DNA from: Spirochaetia bacterium
GTDB taxonomy: Bacteria > Spirochaetota > Spirochaetia > UBA9216
Length of the DNA: 64,000 nucleotides
Direction: 5' to 3'
Assembly: GCA_965140585.1 (NCBI GenBank)
Contig: OZ223264.1
Span: 32,001 to 96,000 of the forward strand
Shown: piece after piece, positions 1-9,210 of the stretch
Numbering within the stretch: the first letter of the stretch is position 1
How the letters are laid out: each line of letters starts with the position of its first letter
Notes under the pieces: generated by a model
The model's input: only the letters and a program-made list of their open reading frames with translations
The model's database searches: none
Told to the model about the DNA's origin: nothing
Program-made: the position numbers and the translations under genes

Positions 1-1
1 G

Positions 2-646
2 GTAAGCCGTGACATGGTTCAGGGGCTGATTGCCGGCGGACAGGAAGCCCTGACCCGCTCGGTTGAATGGGCTGAGGATAACGAGGAAGCCGGTGCAAAT
101 GAACTTGCTGAAAAAGGCATATCTGCAAACGATGTTGTTGTAGGAATTACAGCAAGCGGTCAGGCCCCCTATGTAATCGGAGCAATGAAGAAAGGACATG
201 AGGCCGGTGCAGTAGTTGGTGCTATAAGCTGTAATAAAAACTCGAAAATCTTTCAGTATGCTGACCATTCGATTTTTCTGGATGTAGGTCCCGAGATTGT
301 TGCCGGATCTACAAGGCTTAAGTCGGGAACCGCGCAGAAGCTTGTGCTGAATATGATCACAACTGCTTCGATGATACGGCTGGGAAAGGTTTACAACAAT
401 CTGATGGTTGATCTGGTTCCTGTTAATAATAAACTGATTGAGAGATCTATAAGGCTGATCATAACTGCAACAGGCTGTGATCGTAAAACAGCTGAAGCAG
501 CCTTTGATGAATCAGGAAAACACCCTAAAACTGCTATTGTGTCTGTACTTCTGGGGATTTCGGCTGATGAGGCAAAGGCTCTGCTGGATGGTAATGAGGA
601 CCGAATCGGAACTGCAGTACAGAGTTATAAAAATCAGGCAGAGTAA
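2..646 (+). CDS. murQ: N-acetylmuramic acid 6-phosphate etherase, 5'-truncated by the window edge
   Basis: Motifs GLIAGG...EWAED, GITASG, GPE..AGSTRLKSGTAQKLVLNM, VYNNLMVD; frame is open to the window start. Confidence 0.93.
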   Translation, partial: VSRDMVQGLIAGGQEALTRSVEWAEDNEEAGANELAEKGISANDVVVGITASGQAPYVIGAMKKGHEAGAVVGAISCNKNSKIFQYADHSIFLDVGPEIVAGSTRLKSGTAQKLVLNMITTASMIRLGKVYNNLMVDLVPVNNKLIERSIRLIITATGCDRKTAEAAFDESGKHPKTAIVSVLLGISADEAKALLDGNEDRIGTAVQSYKNQAE

Positions 647-648
647 AA

Positions 649-1704
649 ATGTTTGGAAAACTGATTGAAGAAAGTATAGCAGGCGGTTGTTTTCCGGGAA
701 TATCCCTGATTGTTGAAAAGGACGGAAAACGGATTGCAGCTGAAAATTACGGCAATATGTCTTATGATGATGAGACATATGTTAGTTCTGATACCCTCTT
801 CGATCTTGCCTCACTGACAAAACCGCTTGCGACAACACCGGTACTGCTTGCCCTGCTCGATGCTGAAGGTCTGGATACCGGTAAAACTCTTTCATACTTC
901 CTTGATAAAATAAATGAAGAAAGCGGAGCTCTGAGTCTTCAGCAGCTGATGACTCATTCTTCCGGGCTCCCTCCAGTCCCGGAGATTTTCCGGCTGTTTG
1001 AAACAGAATCGGATATCGATGAACAGAGAGCACTTCGGCATCTTTACTCTCTGGTTCCGGAAGTAAACCCCGGCACCGAAGTTATTTACAGCTGTACCGG
1101 TTACATTCTTTTGACTCAGGTATTGAAAAAAATTGCAGGGATGTCGCTTGCGGAGGCTTTTTACAAGCTGATAATAGAACCCTCAGGGATCTCTGATCTT
1201 AAATTTAATCCTGATGGGGATGATAAAAAACGCAGTGCTGCAACCGAGTTCTGCAGCTGGAGAGGCCGGCAGCTTAAGGGTGAAGTCCATGATGAAAACT
1301 CCTGGTGTCTGGGAGGCGAGGGTGGAAATGCCGGACTCTTCGGAACCGCGGAGGCTGTTTCCTCAATTGCCGATCTTTTCATGCATGAGGGCGTCTTAAA
1401 CGGAAGGCAGATTCTGAAACCGGAGTATGTACAAAAAATGACTACAACCCAGTCCGAAGAACTTCAGCCTTCTAGAGCTCTGGGTTTTCTCACCCAGTCG
1501 GCAGAATCTTTTGCCGGTCAGGGTTTCAGTGAAGCCTCCTTCGGTCATACCGGGTTTACCGGCACAAGTCTCTGGATAGATCCCGAAATGGGACTTAAGG
1601 TTACTGCTTTGACAAACCGTGTTAATCTTGGAAGGGATAATACGGCCGATAAAATTAAGGCCTTCCGGCTTGACCTGCACAAACTGATAAGGTCTTTTTT
1701 TTAG
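649..1704 (+). CDS. Serine hydrolase, beta-lactamase-related family (AmiE-like muropeptide hydrolase candidate)
   Basis: FDLASLTK (SxxK), YSC, VHDEN, FGHTGFTG; starts 2 bp after murQ; no signal peptide. Confidence 0.85.
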   Translation: MFGKLIEESIAGGCFPGISLIVEKDGKRIAAENYGNMSYDDETYVSSDTLFDLASLTKPLATTPVLLALLDAEGLDTGKTLSYFLDKINEESGALSLQQLMTHSSGLPPVPEIFRLFETESDIDEQRALRHLYSLVPEVNPGTEVIYSCTGYILLTQVLKKIAGMSLAEAFYKLIIEPSGISDLKFNPDGDDKKRSAATEFCSWRGRQLKGEVHDENSWCLGGEGGNAGLFGTAEAVSSIADLFMHEGVLNGRQILKPEYVQKMTTTQSEELQPSRALGFLTQSAESFAGQGFSEASFGHTGFTGTSLWIDPEMGLKVTALTNRVNLGRDNTADKIKAFRLDLHKLIRSFF

Positions 1705-1706
1705 TA

Positions 1707-1755
1707 AGCTTCCTGCAAAACCCGGTTGGTTTTGAAATTGCCTTAATTAATCAAA
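1707..1755. repeat. Dispersed 49-bp intergenic element, copy 1
   Basis: AGCTTCCTGCAAAAC-N7-GTTTTGAAATTGcCTTAatTaATCAAA, matches 13919..13967. Confidence 0.75.
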
Positions 1756-1757
1756 AT

Positions 1758-2969
1758 TCAGTAATTGAAAAAATTATCCCATTGCCGGTCAAGGATTGAG
1801 AGCGAATCTTTCAGCGGTTTAACAGTGAAACCTCCCTCAGAGTCTTCATTCAGCAGTTCCAGAGCCTTAAGTTTTGCCAGTGCATCATCGCACTCAAAGT
1901 CCATTACGCAGCCGTGCTTCTCTTCCATCCACTTTTCGATACGGCTGTCAAGCTCACCTTCAGTCAGCGGACTTTCGGCTGTGTACAGGAAGTAGTACGA
2001 AAGAAATGATTCTTTGCATTCCTCTTCTTCGGCCGAATCTATCAGCGAATAGAAAACTCCTGCATTGTTTACCATATTTCTGAAATAAAGATTGTCGCTG
2101 AGTTCTTTCTGAAAGAGGAATCTCTTTGTTTTATATTTACTCCATTGCTTGAAGAGAAATCCTCCGAGGGCTCCAAGAGCTGAAAATACCGCAATAGCCT
2201 GCTTGAGCTGATTTTCTTCAACTGTCCCCTTTATTCCAAGATAGGCGCTGATGATTACAAAGGCGACTATAAGTGCCGGAATAACCTTTGTTACCAAAAG
2301 CGGTACTCCGGCGGCAACCGCAGGGACGACCAGCATAAGTTTGTCCTTCAGGCTCATTATTACTTTTGAGTTTGGAAAAAGAATCTCGAGGTCCTCAATA
2401 GGGACATCCTTGAACATCTTTATGAAGGTACTCTCTTCCTGTTCCTCTGTCTTCTTGAGACGTGCAAAGAGAACTACTCTTTCAAGTATTTCGTGCTCAT
2501 GGTCGGTGGTTTTAAGCCCGAACAGGCGTTTTAATGTGAATTTATCCTTTCTACGGCCGCGGGCGTAAATTCGGGCGTATTCATAATCATCGAAATCAAT
2601 TTTAACACTGAAGTTGACCAGGGCGTTATCGTTGAATGCGCTTTCAATTTCTTCCTTGGGGATTAGATTGAAATTGGCGTCATTTAATATCTTCTGGAGG
2701 GTTGTATCGAGCTTCCGGTTCGAGTCTTCGATTTCTGCTTCAGATGGTTGCAATGCCTTTTTCAGGTCGGGGTTTATCGGATAGTAAGCGTCTTTCAGTT
2801 CCTCTAGATCTTTGTGAAAGGTAAAATGAAAAATGCTTTCGATGATTCCGCAGAGCAGATTAAAATCCCCTCTTGCTTCTTCTGATTCAAATTTCTGATC
2901 GTCGAGAATCATACCGATGATATCCCTCTTCCGGAAGGGAATATACCGTTCTTTCTGTGTCTCCATCAT
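1758..2969 (-). CDS. DUF3754 / TMEM143-like membrane protein
   Basis: ERYIPF start, KMFKDVPIEDLEILFP, LYFRNMVNN, AEEEECKE, two hydrophobic segments. Confidence 0.8.
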   Translation of the reverse strand: MMETQKERYIPFRKRDIIGMILDDQKFESEEARGDFNLLCGIIESIFHFTFHKDLEELKDAYYPINPDLKKALQPSEAEIEDSNRKLDTTLQKILNDANFNLIPKEEIESAFNDNALVNFSVKIDFDDYEYARIYARGRRKDKFTLKRLFGLKTTDHEHEILERVVLFARLKKTEEQEESTFIKMFKDVPIEDLEILFPNSKVIMSLKDKLMLVVPAVAAGVPLLVTKVIPALIVAFVIISAYLGIKGTVEENQLKQAIAVFSALGALGGFLFKQWSKYKTKRFLFQKELSDNLYFRNMVNNAGVFYSLIDSAEEEECKESFLSYYFLYTAESPLTEGELDSRIEKWMEEKHGCVMDFECDDALAKLKALELLNEDSEGGFTVKPLKDSLSILDRQWDNFFNY

Positions 2970-2983
2970 TTACTCCAGCGGTT

Positions 2984-3850
2984 TCAGGAACGTTCATGAA
3001 GTCTCTTCAGTCCTTTTACTGCTCCGGTAAGTTCAAGATAATTCTTGATTTCGGGGTAGTCCTCGGAAGCGAGTCCTGTGAACAGTATATCAATAATATT
3101 GAGCTGGGCAATACGTGATGAGCTTGCAGCGGACCGCATGCTGGTTTCCGGAGATGAAATGTGAAGGTTTATATCCGCTTTTTCACTGAGGGTGCTGCTG
3201 CCGTATCTGGTGATGGCAATGGTAACCGCACCTGCGGCTTTCGCTATATCTATCAGTTCAACAACATCCCTTGTTTCTCCGGAATATGAAATGAAAACAG
3301 CTGCATCTCCGGATGTGAGAAGTGTTGCTGAGGTTGCCTGAAGGTGGGTATCTGCGTAGGCATTTGCAAATCGGTTGATTCGCATAAACTTCTGCTGGGC
3401 ATCGAGGGCAACAAGGCCTGAAGCTCCTGTTCCGTAGAAGTCAATTCTGCCGGCACTCCGGAGGGCTTTAATAGCTTTTTCCACCTCGTTTTTATCAAGA
3501 ACCTTTATGGTGTCCTCAATAGCCTGTTTATTGTTATGAGAAATATTTCTGATTATTGTTTCAAGACCGTCACCGGCCTGGATATCTGTATACTGTTTGT
3601 CAGCAGAGTTTTCCCGGGATAATGCAATATCAGTGGCCATTTTCAGGGCAAACTCTCTGTATCCCTCAAAGCCCAGAGTCTTGCAGAAACGGATTATTGC
3701 TGCTTTTGAGGCTCCGCTTAGATCTGCAAGTTCGCCTATTGAAAGTCCTACTGAATTATCAGGATTGTGCATTACATAGGATGCAACCTTGCGCTCCGAT
3801 GGGGTTAGTCCGGAATAAGACTCTTTTATTTTTAACAGGCAACCGTTCAT
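2984..3850 (-). CDS. murR: MurR/RpiR family transcriptional regulator
   Basis: N-terminal HTH (LTPSERKVA..IIRFCKTLGFEGY) plus SIS domain (ISYSGET, SSRIAQL); recycling-gene context. Confidence 0.85.
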   Translation of the reverse strand: MNGCLLKIKESYSGLTPSERKVASYVMHNPDNSVGLSIGELADLSGASKAAIIRFCKTLGFEGYREFALKMATDIALSRENSADKQYTDIQAGDGLETIIRNISHNNKQAIEDTIKVLDKNEVEKAIKALRSAGRIDFYGTGASGLVALDAQQKFMRINRFANAYADTHLQATSATLLTSGDAAVFISYSGETRDVVELIDIAKAAGAVTIAITRYGSSTLSEKADINLHISSPETSMRSAASSSRIAQLNIIDILFTGLASEDYPEIKNYLELTGAVKGLKRLHERS

Positions 3851-3851
3851 A

Positions 3852-5348
3852 TCAGACCTCTTTTTCTCCGATCAAAAAACTGATCACAGCTTTCTGCTGG
3901 TCGGGAGTGTAGCCGTATGAACACCAGGCGTTTCTGATTCCGGCAATATCGGCATCCCACGGATTCCGGAGAGCTATAAGATAGAGTGTCTTTGAAGCCT
4001 CCGCTAGCGCTGTGATTAGATTAGATATATTATCATCAAGATAAGCATTTTCGGTAAAAATCAGATTAATTTTTCCTTCAGCAGCCTTTAAAAGGCTTCT
4101 TTTTGTCTCATCTGTCGCTGTTTCGCTGTTTATTTCAAGAAGAGGGCAATCCGAAAGTTCAGCAGCCTTGACCGCTGCGTAGAACAATCCCTGAGCTTCC
4201 TCTTCAACCATCACGAGTCTCTGACGTTTCATGGAAAAAATGTTTTCAATTGACGAAAGCAGGGGAAGGGGCTCTTCCTCTTTGATGCATTTTATTGAGC
4301 GTCCGGAGAGTCCTGCAGCTTTTGAGGCATTTTCAGCGATTCCGATTTTTACTGTATCCTGATTCAGAGAATCCTCAAAGGGGGATAGAATACTGTTGAT
4401 CCTTTCCAGTGATTCAAGATAACGTCTGTATAGATGCTCATCTTTCCCGACAGCATCGTTAAGCGAATTAAATGCATTAATCTGTTTCTCAGTTCCCTCA
4501 CAGATTGAAAGAATATCCATTCCGGCACTAAATGTGTTGATGACCAGTTGTTCAGTAGAGCTGCTGTTTGCCACTCCGCCCATATTCAAATCGTCGGCAA
4601 GCAGCAGTCCGTCAAAATCAAGTTCGTTTCTGACTATTCCGGTAAGCACTTCAGAAGAAACGGTTACAGCCTCTTTCCTGCTTTGAATTGATGGAACGTA
4701 TATATGAGTAGGCATCCAGCATGGGCAGTCAATGTCAAGGAAGGGTTGAATATCAGTATTAAAAAGCTCTTCCCGGCTGATATCAAGAACAGGAAGGTCG
4801 ATATGCGGATCAACCGATGCTCCTCCCAGTCCGGGGAAGTGTTTAAGGCAGGAAAGCACTCCGGCCTCACTAAGCCCTTTAACGAATGCCTGTGCGCAGC
4901 TGATTACTTCTTCTTTCCGGGTTCCGAAGCTTCGTATTCCAATCCCCCGGTTCATAGGATTCCGGTTGATATCAACAACCGGAGCGAGATCCCAGTCAAT
5001 TCCAACTGCCTTCATTTCTGTTCCAAGTATAAAAGCCGCTTCGTAGGCTGCGGTTTCTCCACCTGCCTGTGCAAGAGCCATTGGGCCCGGCATTACAGTA
5101 AAGCCCTCGGTAAGCCTTGTTACAATGCCGCCTTCCTGGTCAACTGCAAAAACGGGTTTTCTGCCCATAAAGGCCGTAATGTCTGAAATAAGTACGGCAA
5201 GCTGCTGCGGATTGACTATATTGCGGCCGAAAAAGATAATCGACAGCGGATCAACTGTTTCAAGGAGTCTTTTAGTTTCATCATCGAGTTCGGATCCCGG
5301 AATTCCGAGCATGAACAGTCTTCCGGTGTTTATATCTGCAGTGTTCAT
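3852..5348 (-). CDS. nagZ: GH3 beta-N-acetylhexosaminidase
   Basis: AVDQEGG, APVVD, RSFG, KHFPGLG..DPH, LADDLNM. Confidence 0.85.
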   Translation of the reverse strand: MNTADINTGRLFMLGIPGSELDDETKRLLETVDPLSIIFFGRNIVNPQQLAVLISDITAFMGRKPVFAVDQEGGIVTRLTEGFTVMPGPMALAQAGGETAAYEAAFILGTEMKAVGIDWDLAPVVDINRNPMNRGIGIRSFGTRKEEVISCAQAFVKGLSEAGVLSCLKHFPGLGGASVDPHIDLPVLDISREELFNTDIQPFLDIDCPCWMPTHIYVPSIQSRKEAVTVSSEVLTGIVRNELDFDGLLLADDLNMGGVANSSSTEQLVINTFSAGMDILSICEGTEKQINAFNSLNDAVGKDEHLYRRYLESLERINSILSPFEDSLNQDTVKIGIAENASKAAGLSGRSIKCIKEEEPLPLLSSIENIFSMKRQRLVMVEEEAQGLFYAAVKAAELSDCPLLEINSETATDETKRSLLKAAEGKINLIFTENAYLDDNISNLITALAEASKTLYLIALRNPWDADIAGIRNAWCSYGYTPDQQKAVISFLIGEKEV

Positions 5349-6409
5349 ATTTTAAGACCTATTCCCGGCTTTTGTGAAAAGTATATGTCTGCGCCGCGGT
5401 ATTCGACGCCGCCTTCTTCTGTTTTTGTTCTGCAGAGCAGGGGAACATCAAGATCGGCATATTTTACGTTTCTTACTGCGGAGGCAAAGTGCGCTGCTGC
5501 GGATACTCCCGCATGGCTTTCCATCATGCATCCTGTCATGCAGAAGAGCCCTGCAGCTTCTGCCAGGTGTGCAATTTTAACCGCTTCTGCAATGCCTCCG
5601 CATTTGGCCAGCTTGATGTTGATTCCGTCAGCGGCTTCTGCTTCAATCAGCCTGAAGGCGTCGTTAAGTGAAAAGACACTTTCATCAGCTACAAGGGGAA
5701 TATCTATATTTTCGCGTACATAGCGCATTCCTTTGAAGTCGGCAGCGGCAACCGGCTGTTCAGCGAAGTCGAGACCGGCTCCTGCATTCTGTGATTCATT
5801 TATCACCTTGACTGCATCGCGAGCGTTCCAGCCCTGGTTTGCATCAATCCTTATCACGGCTTCGGGTCCCAGGATTTTTCTGACGGCAAGAATCCGCTCA
5901 ATATCTTCCATTGGATCCTTTCCTACTTTAAGTTTGAATTCACGAAAGCCCTCGTTATAATATTCAAGAGCATCGGAAGCCATCACAGCGGGAGGGTTCA
6001 GGCTGATTGTAAGATCGGTACGGATGCACTCACCCCGTCCGCCAAGGTACCGGTAAAGCGGAAGCCCGCAGGATTTAGTAAAAAGATCGTGGAGGGCAAT
6101 GTCCAGGGCGGATTTTGCGGAAGTGTTTCCGGCCATTGATTTGCCAATAGTATGAAGCAGGGGTTCCAGTGCTGAACAGTCTTCACCGGTAATCAGCTTT
6201 GAAATATGTTCGAGGGCTCCTTTCAGAGAGGCTTCAGTTTCTCCGGTAATAGCTGCGGTAGGAGCGCAGCCCCCTATGCCTTTAAGTCCGGTATCGGTAA
6301 CTACTTCAACCTGAATAACTTCGAGCAGGCGCAGTGTTCTCAAAGATGTTATAAAGGGCTTTTTCAGCTCGCAGCTAATATTCTTCCAGCGGATACTTTC
6401 TATCTTCAT
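5345..6409 (-). CDS. L-Ala-D/L-Glu dipeptide epimerase (enolase superfamily)
   Basis: KLKVG, RIDANQGW, EQP, ADES, NIKLAKCGG, GCMMES, DLD. Confidence 0.9.
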   Translation of the reverse strand: MKIESIRWKNISCELKKPFITSLRTLRLLEVIQVEVVTDTGLKGIGGCAPTAAITGETEASLKGALEHISKLITGEDCSALEPLLHTIGKSMAGNTSAKSALDIALHDLFTKSCGLPLYRYLGGRGECIRTDLTISLNPPAVMASDALEYYNEGFREFKLKVGKDPMEDIERILAVRKILGPEAVIRIDANQGWNARDAVKVINESQNAGAGLDFAEQPVAAADFKGMRYVRENIDIPLVADESVFSLNDAFRLIEAEAADGINIKLAKCGGIAEAVKIAHLAEAAGLFCMTGCMMESHAGVSAAAHFASAVRNVKYADLDVPLLCRTKTEEGGVEYRGADIYFSQKPGIGLKI

Positions 6410-6533
6410 AAAATCAGATTAACACTATTATCAGGATCTTGCCAACGAATATAAAACTTTTTATCATTAAAACGATGACAATCTGAAAATTAGTTGTATG
6501 ATATCCTGATTTTTTAATGTATTATTAATATGT

Positions 6534-7715
6534 ATGAAAAATATCATTTTATATAATGCTACGATTTTTACCGGTTTTACAGAGATTGAAAGAGGCGCAG
6601 TTGTGCTTGAAGACGGCCGTATTACCGATGTTTTCAGCGGAAAACGGTTTGAACAAAAATCGTTCGGCAGCGACTTTGAGCTGTGGGATCTGCAGGGAGC
6701 TTATCTTGTTCCCGGACTGATCGATACCCATATTCACGGTCTTCACGGATACGGTACGGATGATCTGTCCACCGAATCCATACTCGGAATGAGCAGTGCG
6801 ATGGCTGAATACGGTGTAACCGCCTTCTGTCCGACCCTGTATCCGCAGAATGATGAAAACTTCATGAAATCAATTGAGGCTACCGCGGCAGCAATAGGCA
6901 AAGAGGATGGCGCCAGAATTCTGGGGCTGCACCTTGAGGGGCCGTTTATAAACCCTGAAAAGAAGGGTTCGCTTCTTGAAGAAGGAATCAGGGCAGTAAG
7001 CCTTGATTTAATGGATAAATACTATACCGCGGCCGGCGGTCGAATAACAAATATGACAGTTGCTCCTGAACTGAAGAACATGCGTGAGTTGGCCCTGTAC
7101 TGTAATAAAAAGGGAATAACTCTTCAGGCCGGACACTCCAACGCCAGTTACGACCAGATGAGGGAGGGGATGGAGGCAGGCATTACCCATTCCACCCACT
7201 TCTTTAATGCGATGAGAAGTATACATCATCGTGATCCGGGAATTGTAGGAGCCATCCTGATTCATCCCGAGCTGACCTGCGAGCTTATTGCCGATGGAGA
7301 GCATGTGCATCCTGCAATAGTACAGATGCTGATAAAGGAGAAGGCTGCCGACAAGATCTGTCTGGTTACCGATGCAGTCAAACCGACCTGCGTAAGATCG
7401 GGAAAACTGATTGCAAACCGTGATGAGGTTTATCTGGGTGATGATCATGTCTTTCACCGGGTCGAGGATGATGTGATTGCAGGTTCCGCTCTGACCATGA
7501 ACAGGGCGGTAAAGAATATGGTCGGATTCGGCAGTACACCGCAGGAGGCTTTTCTTATGGCCAGTTATACACCGGCCTCCGTACTGGGACTGTCGAAAAA
7601 AATGGGAATGCTTCTGCCCGGGAGCAATGCGAATCTGGCTGTCTATGACAAGGAATATAACTGTCTTGCTACAATTGTAGACGGAGTGTTTAAAAAGAAT
7701 GAGATGCGCGGTTAA
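6534..7715 (+). CDS. nagA: N-acetylglucosamine-6-phosphate deacetylase
   Basis: PGLIDTHIHG, HLEGPF, GHSNA, THFFNAM, DGEHVHP, VTDA. Confidence 0.95.
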   Translation: MKNIILYNATIFTGFTEIERGAVVLEDGRITDVFSGKRFEQKSFGSDFELWDLQGAYLVPGLIDTHIHGLHGYGTDDLSTESILGMSSAMAEYGVTAFCPTLYPQNDENFMKSIEATAAAIGKEDGARILGLHLEGPFINPEKKGSLLEEGIRAVSLDLMDKYYTAAGGRITNMTVAPELKNMRELALYCNKKGITLQAGHSNASYDQMREGMEAGITHSTHFFNAMRSIHHRDPGIVGAILIHPELTCELIADGEHVHPAIVQMLIKEKAADKICLVTDAVKPTCVRSGKLIANRDEVYLGDDHVFHRVEDDVIAGSALTMNRAVKNMVGFGSTPQEAFLMASYTPASVLGLSKKMGMLLPGSNANLAVYDKEYNCLATIVDGVFKKNEMRG

Positions 7716-7725
7716 GGAGAAATAA

Positions 7726-8523
7726 TTGAGACTTATAATTCATCAGGACTATGAAGGTGTTAGCCGATGGTCAGCGGCTTATATTGCAAACAGGATAAAA
7801 GAGTTTAACCCTTCAACTGAAAAGCCCTTTGTATTAGGGCTCCCAACCGGATCGACACCGCTGGGGATTTACCGGGAGCTTATAAGACTTTACTCCGAGG
7901 GAAGCCTTAGTTTTAAGAATGTAGTCACTTTTAATATGGATGAATACGTCGGACTGGGACCGGAAGACGAACAGAGCTACCATCACTTTATGCAGAAGTC
8001 TCTTTTTTCTCATATTGATATACCCGAAGAGAATATAAATATCCTCGAGGGGCTGGCTTCTGATCCGGAAGCCGAATGCCGCAGGTATGAAGAGAAAATA
8101 AAATCCCTGGGCGGAATTAACCTCTTTCTTGGCGGTGTAGGCGCCGACGGTCACATTGCTTTCAACGAGCCCGGAAGCAGCCTGAGTTCGCGCACCCGCC
8201 TTAAGCGGCTGACCCATGATACAAAGGTGATGAACTCAAGATTTTTTAATGATGATATCAGTCTTGTCCCGGATATGGCATTAACAGTAGGTGTGGGAAC
8301 TATTATGGATGCCGATGAAGTCCTTCTGGCCGCAAGCGGTCTGAGCAAGGCCAGGGCTCTTGAGAAGGCCGTACAGCAGGGGGTAAACCACATGTGGACT
8401 GTGAGCTGTATGCAGCTTCATCCCAAGGCAATTATTGTCTGTGATGAGGACGCAACTGTAGAATTGAAGGTCGGAACTGTTAATTACTTCAAGGCGATAG
8501 AATCACAGCGATCTCCATCCTGA
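7726..8523 (+). CDS. nagB: Glucosamine-6-phosphate deaminase
   Basis: [31 protein letters not shown]; TTG start after AGGAG. Confidence 0.95.
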   Translation: MRLIIHQDYEGVSRWSAAYIANRIKEFNPSTEKPFVLGLPTGSTPLGIYRELIRLYSEGSLSFKNVVTFNMDEYVGLGPEDEQSYHHFMQKSLFSHIDIPEENINILEGLASDPEAECRRYEEKIKSLGGINLFLGGVGADGHIAFNEPGSSLSSRTRLKRLTHDTKVMNSRFFNDDISLVPDMALTVGVGTIMDADEVLLAASGLSKARALEKAVQQGVNHMWTVSCMQLHPKAIIVCDEDATVELKVGTVNYFKAIESQRSPS

Positions 8524-9079
8524 GTTGATCAGAAATCATTTCTTTCAGTGTCTGATCTTCAGTATCCTTGATCCACCATATTGTATAGAGCATAAGAACT
8601 GCTACCAGTCTTTTTGACAGCATTTCAGGTGAGACCGAATCCGGAATGCTTTTGCTCTGCTGACCGCTTTTGATTATTTTTGTAAGCAGCGGTCTAATCG
8701 GCAGCAGATTTTCAATGATTGATTCACCGCTCTGAGGCACAATATCATTTTTTATCAGCTGGGCAACAATTGCCTTACCCTTTCTCTCATAGTAATCAAG
8801 TTGGAAAGACATCAGCTTCTCAAGCTGTTCTGCGGTCGAGTCAGTCTCTATTTCCCGATAGTAATTGGATAAATCCTCACCTTCAATCTTTAAAATCTCG
8901 TTAATAATATCATTAACCGAATGAAAATAATGATAAAAAGTTCCCTGAGCTACGTTCGAAACACTGCAGACTTCAACAAGAGTTGTATTCTCAATTCCTT
9001 TTTCCTTGATCAGGTTTATTGCTGAAGTAATTATCCTGTTTTTGGTTTTTGTGCCCTTGGGGGTCTTTCCTGCTTTCAT
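8489..9079 (-). CDS. TetR/AcrR family regulator
   Basis: N-terminal HTH ([17 protein letters not shown]); divergent from the DUF362-AOR operon. Confidence 0.85.
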   Translation of the reverse strand: MKAGKTPKGTKTKNRIITSAINLIKEKGIENTTLVEVCSVSNVAQGTFYHYFHSVNDIINEILKIEGEDLSNYYREIETDSTAEQLEKLMSFQLDYYERKGKAIVAQLIKNDIVPQSGESIIENLLPIRPLLTKIIKSGQQSKSIPDSVSPEMLSKRLVAVLMLYTIWWIKDTEDQTLKEMISDQLRMEIAVILSP

Positions 9080-9125
9080 AAAAAAAAAGTAACAGAAGCG
9101 GACTCATCTTTCAAGGAGATAATAG

Positions 9126-9207
9126 AAAAAATCGGGAAATCCCGAAAATAATTGACATTTCATTACAGCAGGAGTAACATGAGAAAAAACCGAGAGTTCT
9201 CGAAAAA
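9126..9207 (+). promoter_or_regulatory. Sigma70 promoter flanked by two palindromic operators (putative TetR sites)
   Basis: TTGACA(9152)-17-TAACAT(9175); palindromes TCGGGA-AA-TCCCGA (9132..9145) and CGAGA-GT-TCTCG (9191..9202) with the same A-rich flanks. Confidence 0.65.
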
Positions 9208-9210
9208 GGT

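Noticed and set aside
649-1704. Beta-lactam resistance gene
   Set aside because: No signal peptide and coupled to murQ; better explained as a recycling hydrolase
1707-1755. Integron attC site
   Set aside because: Lacks RYYYAAC/GTTRRRY ends; no cassette array or integrase
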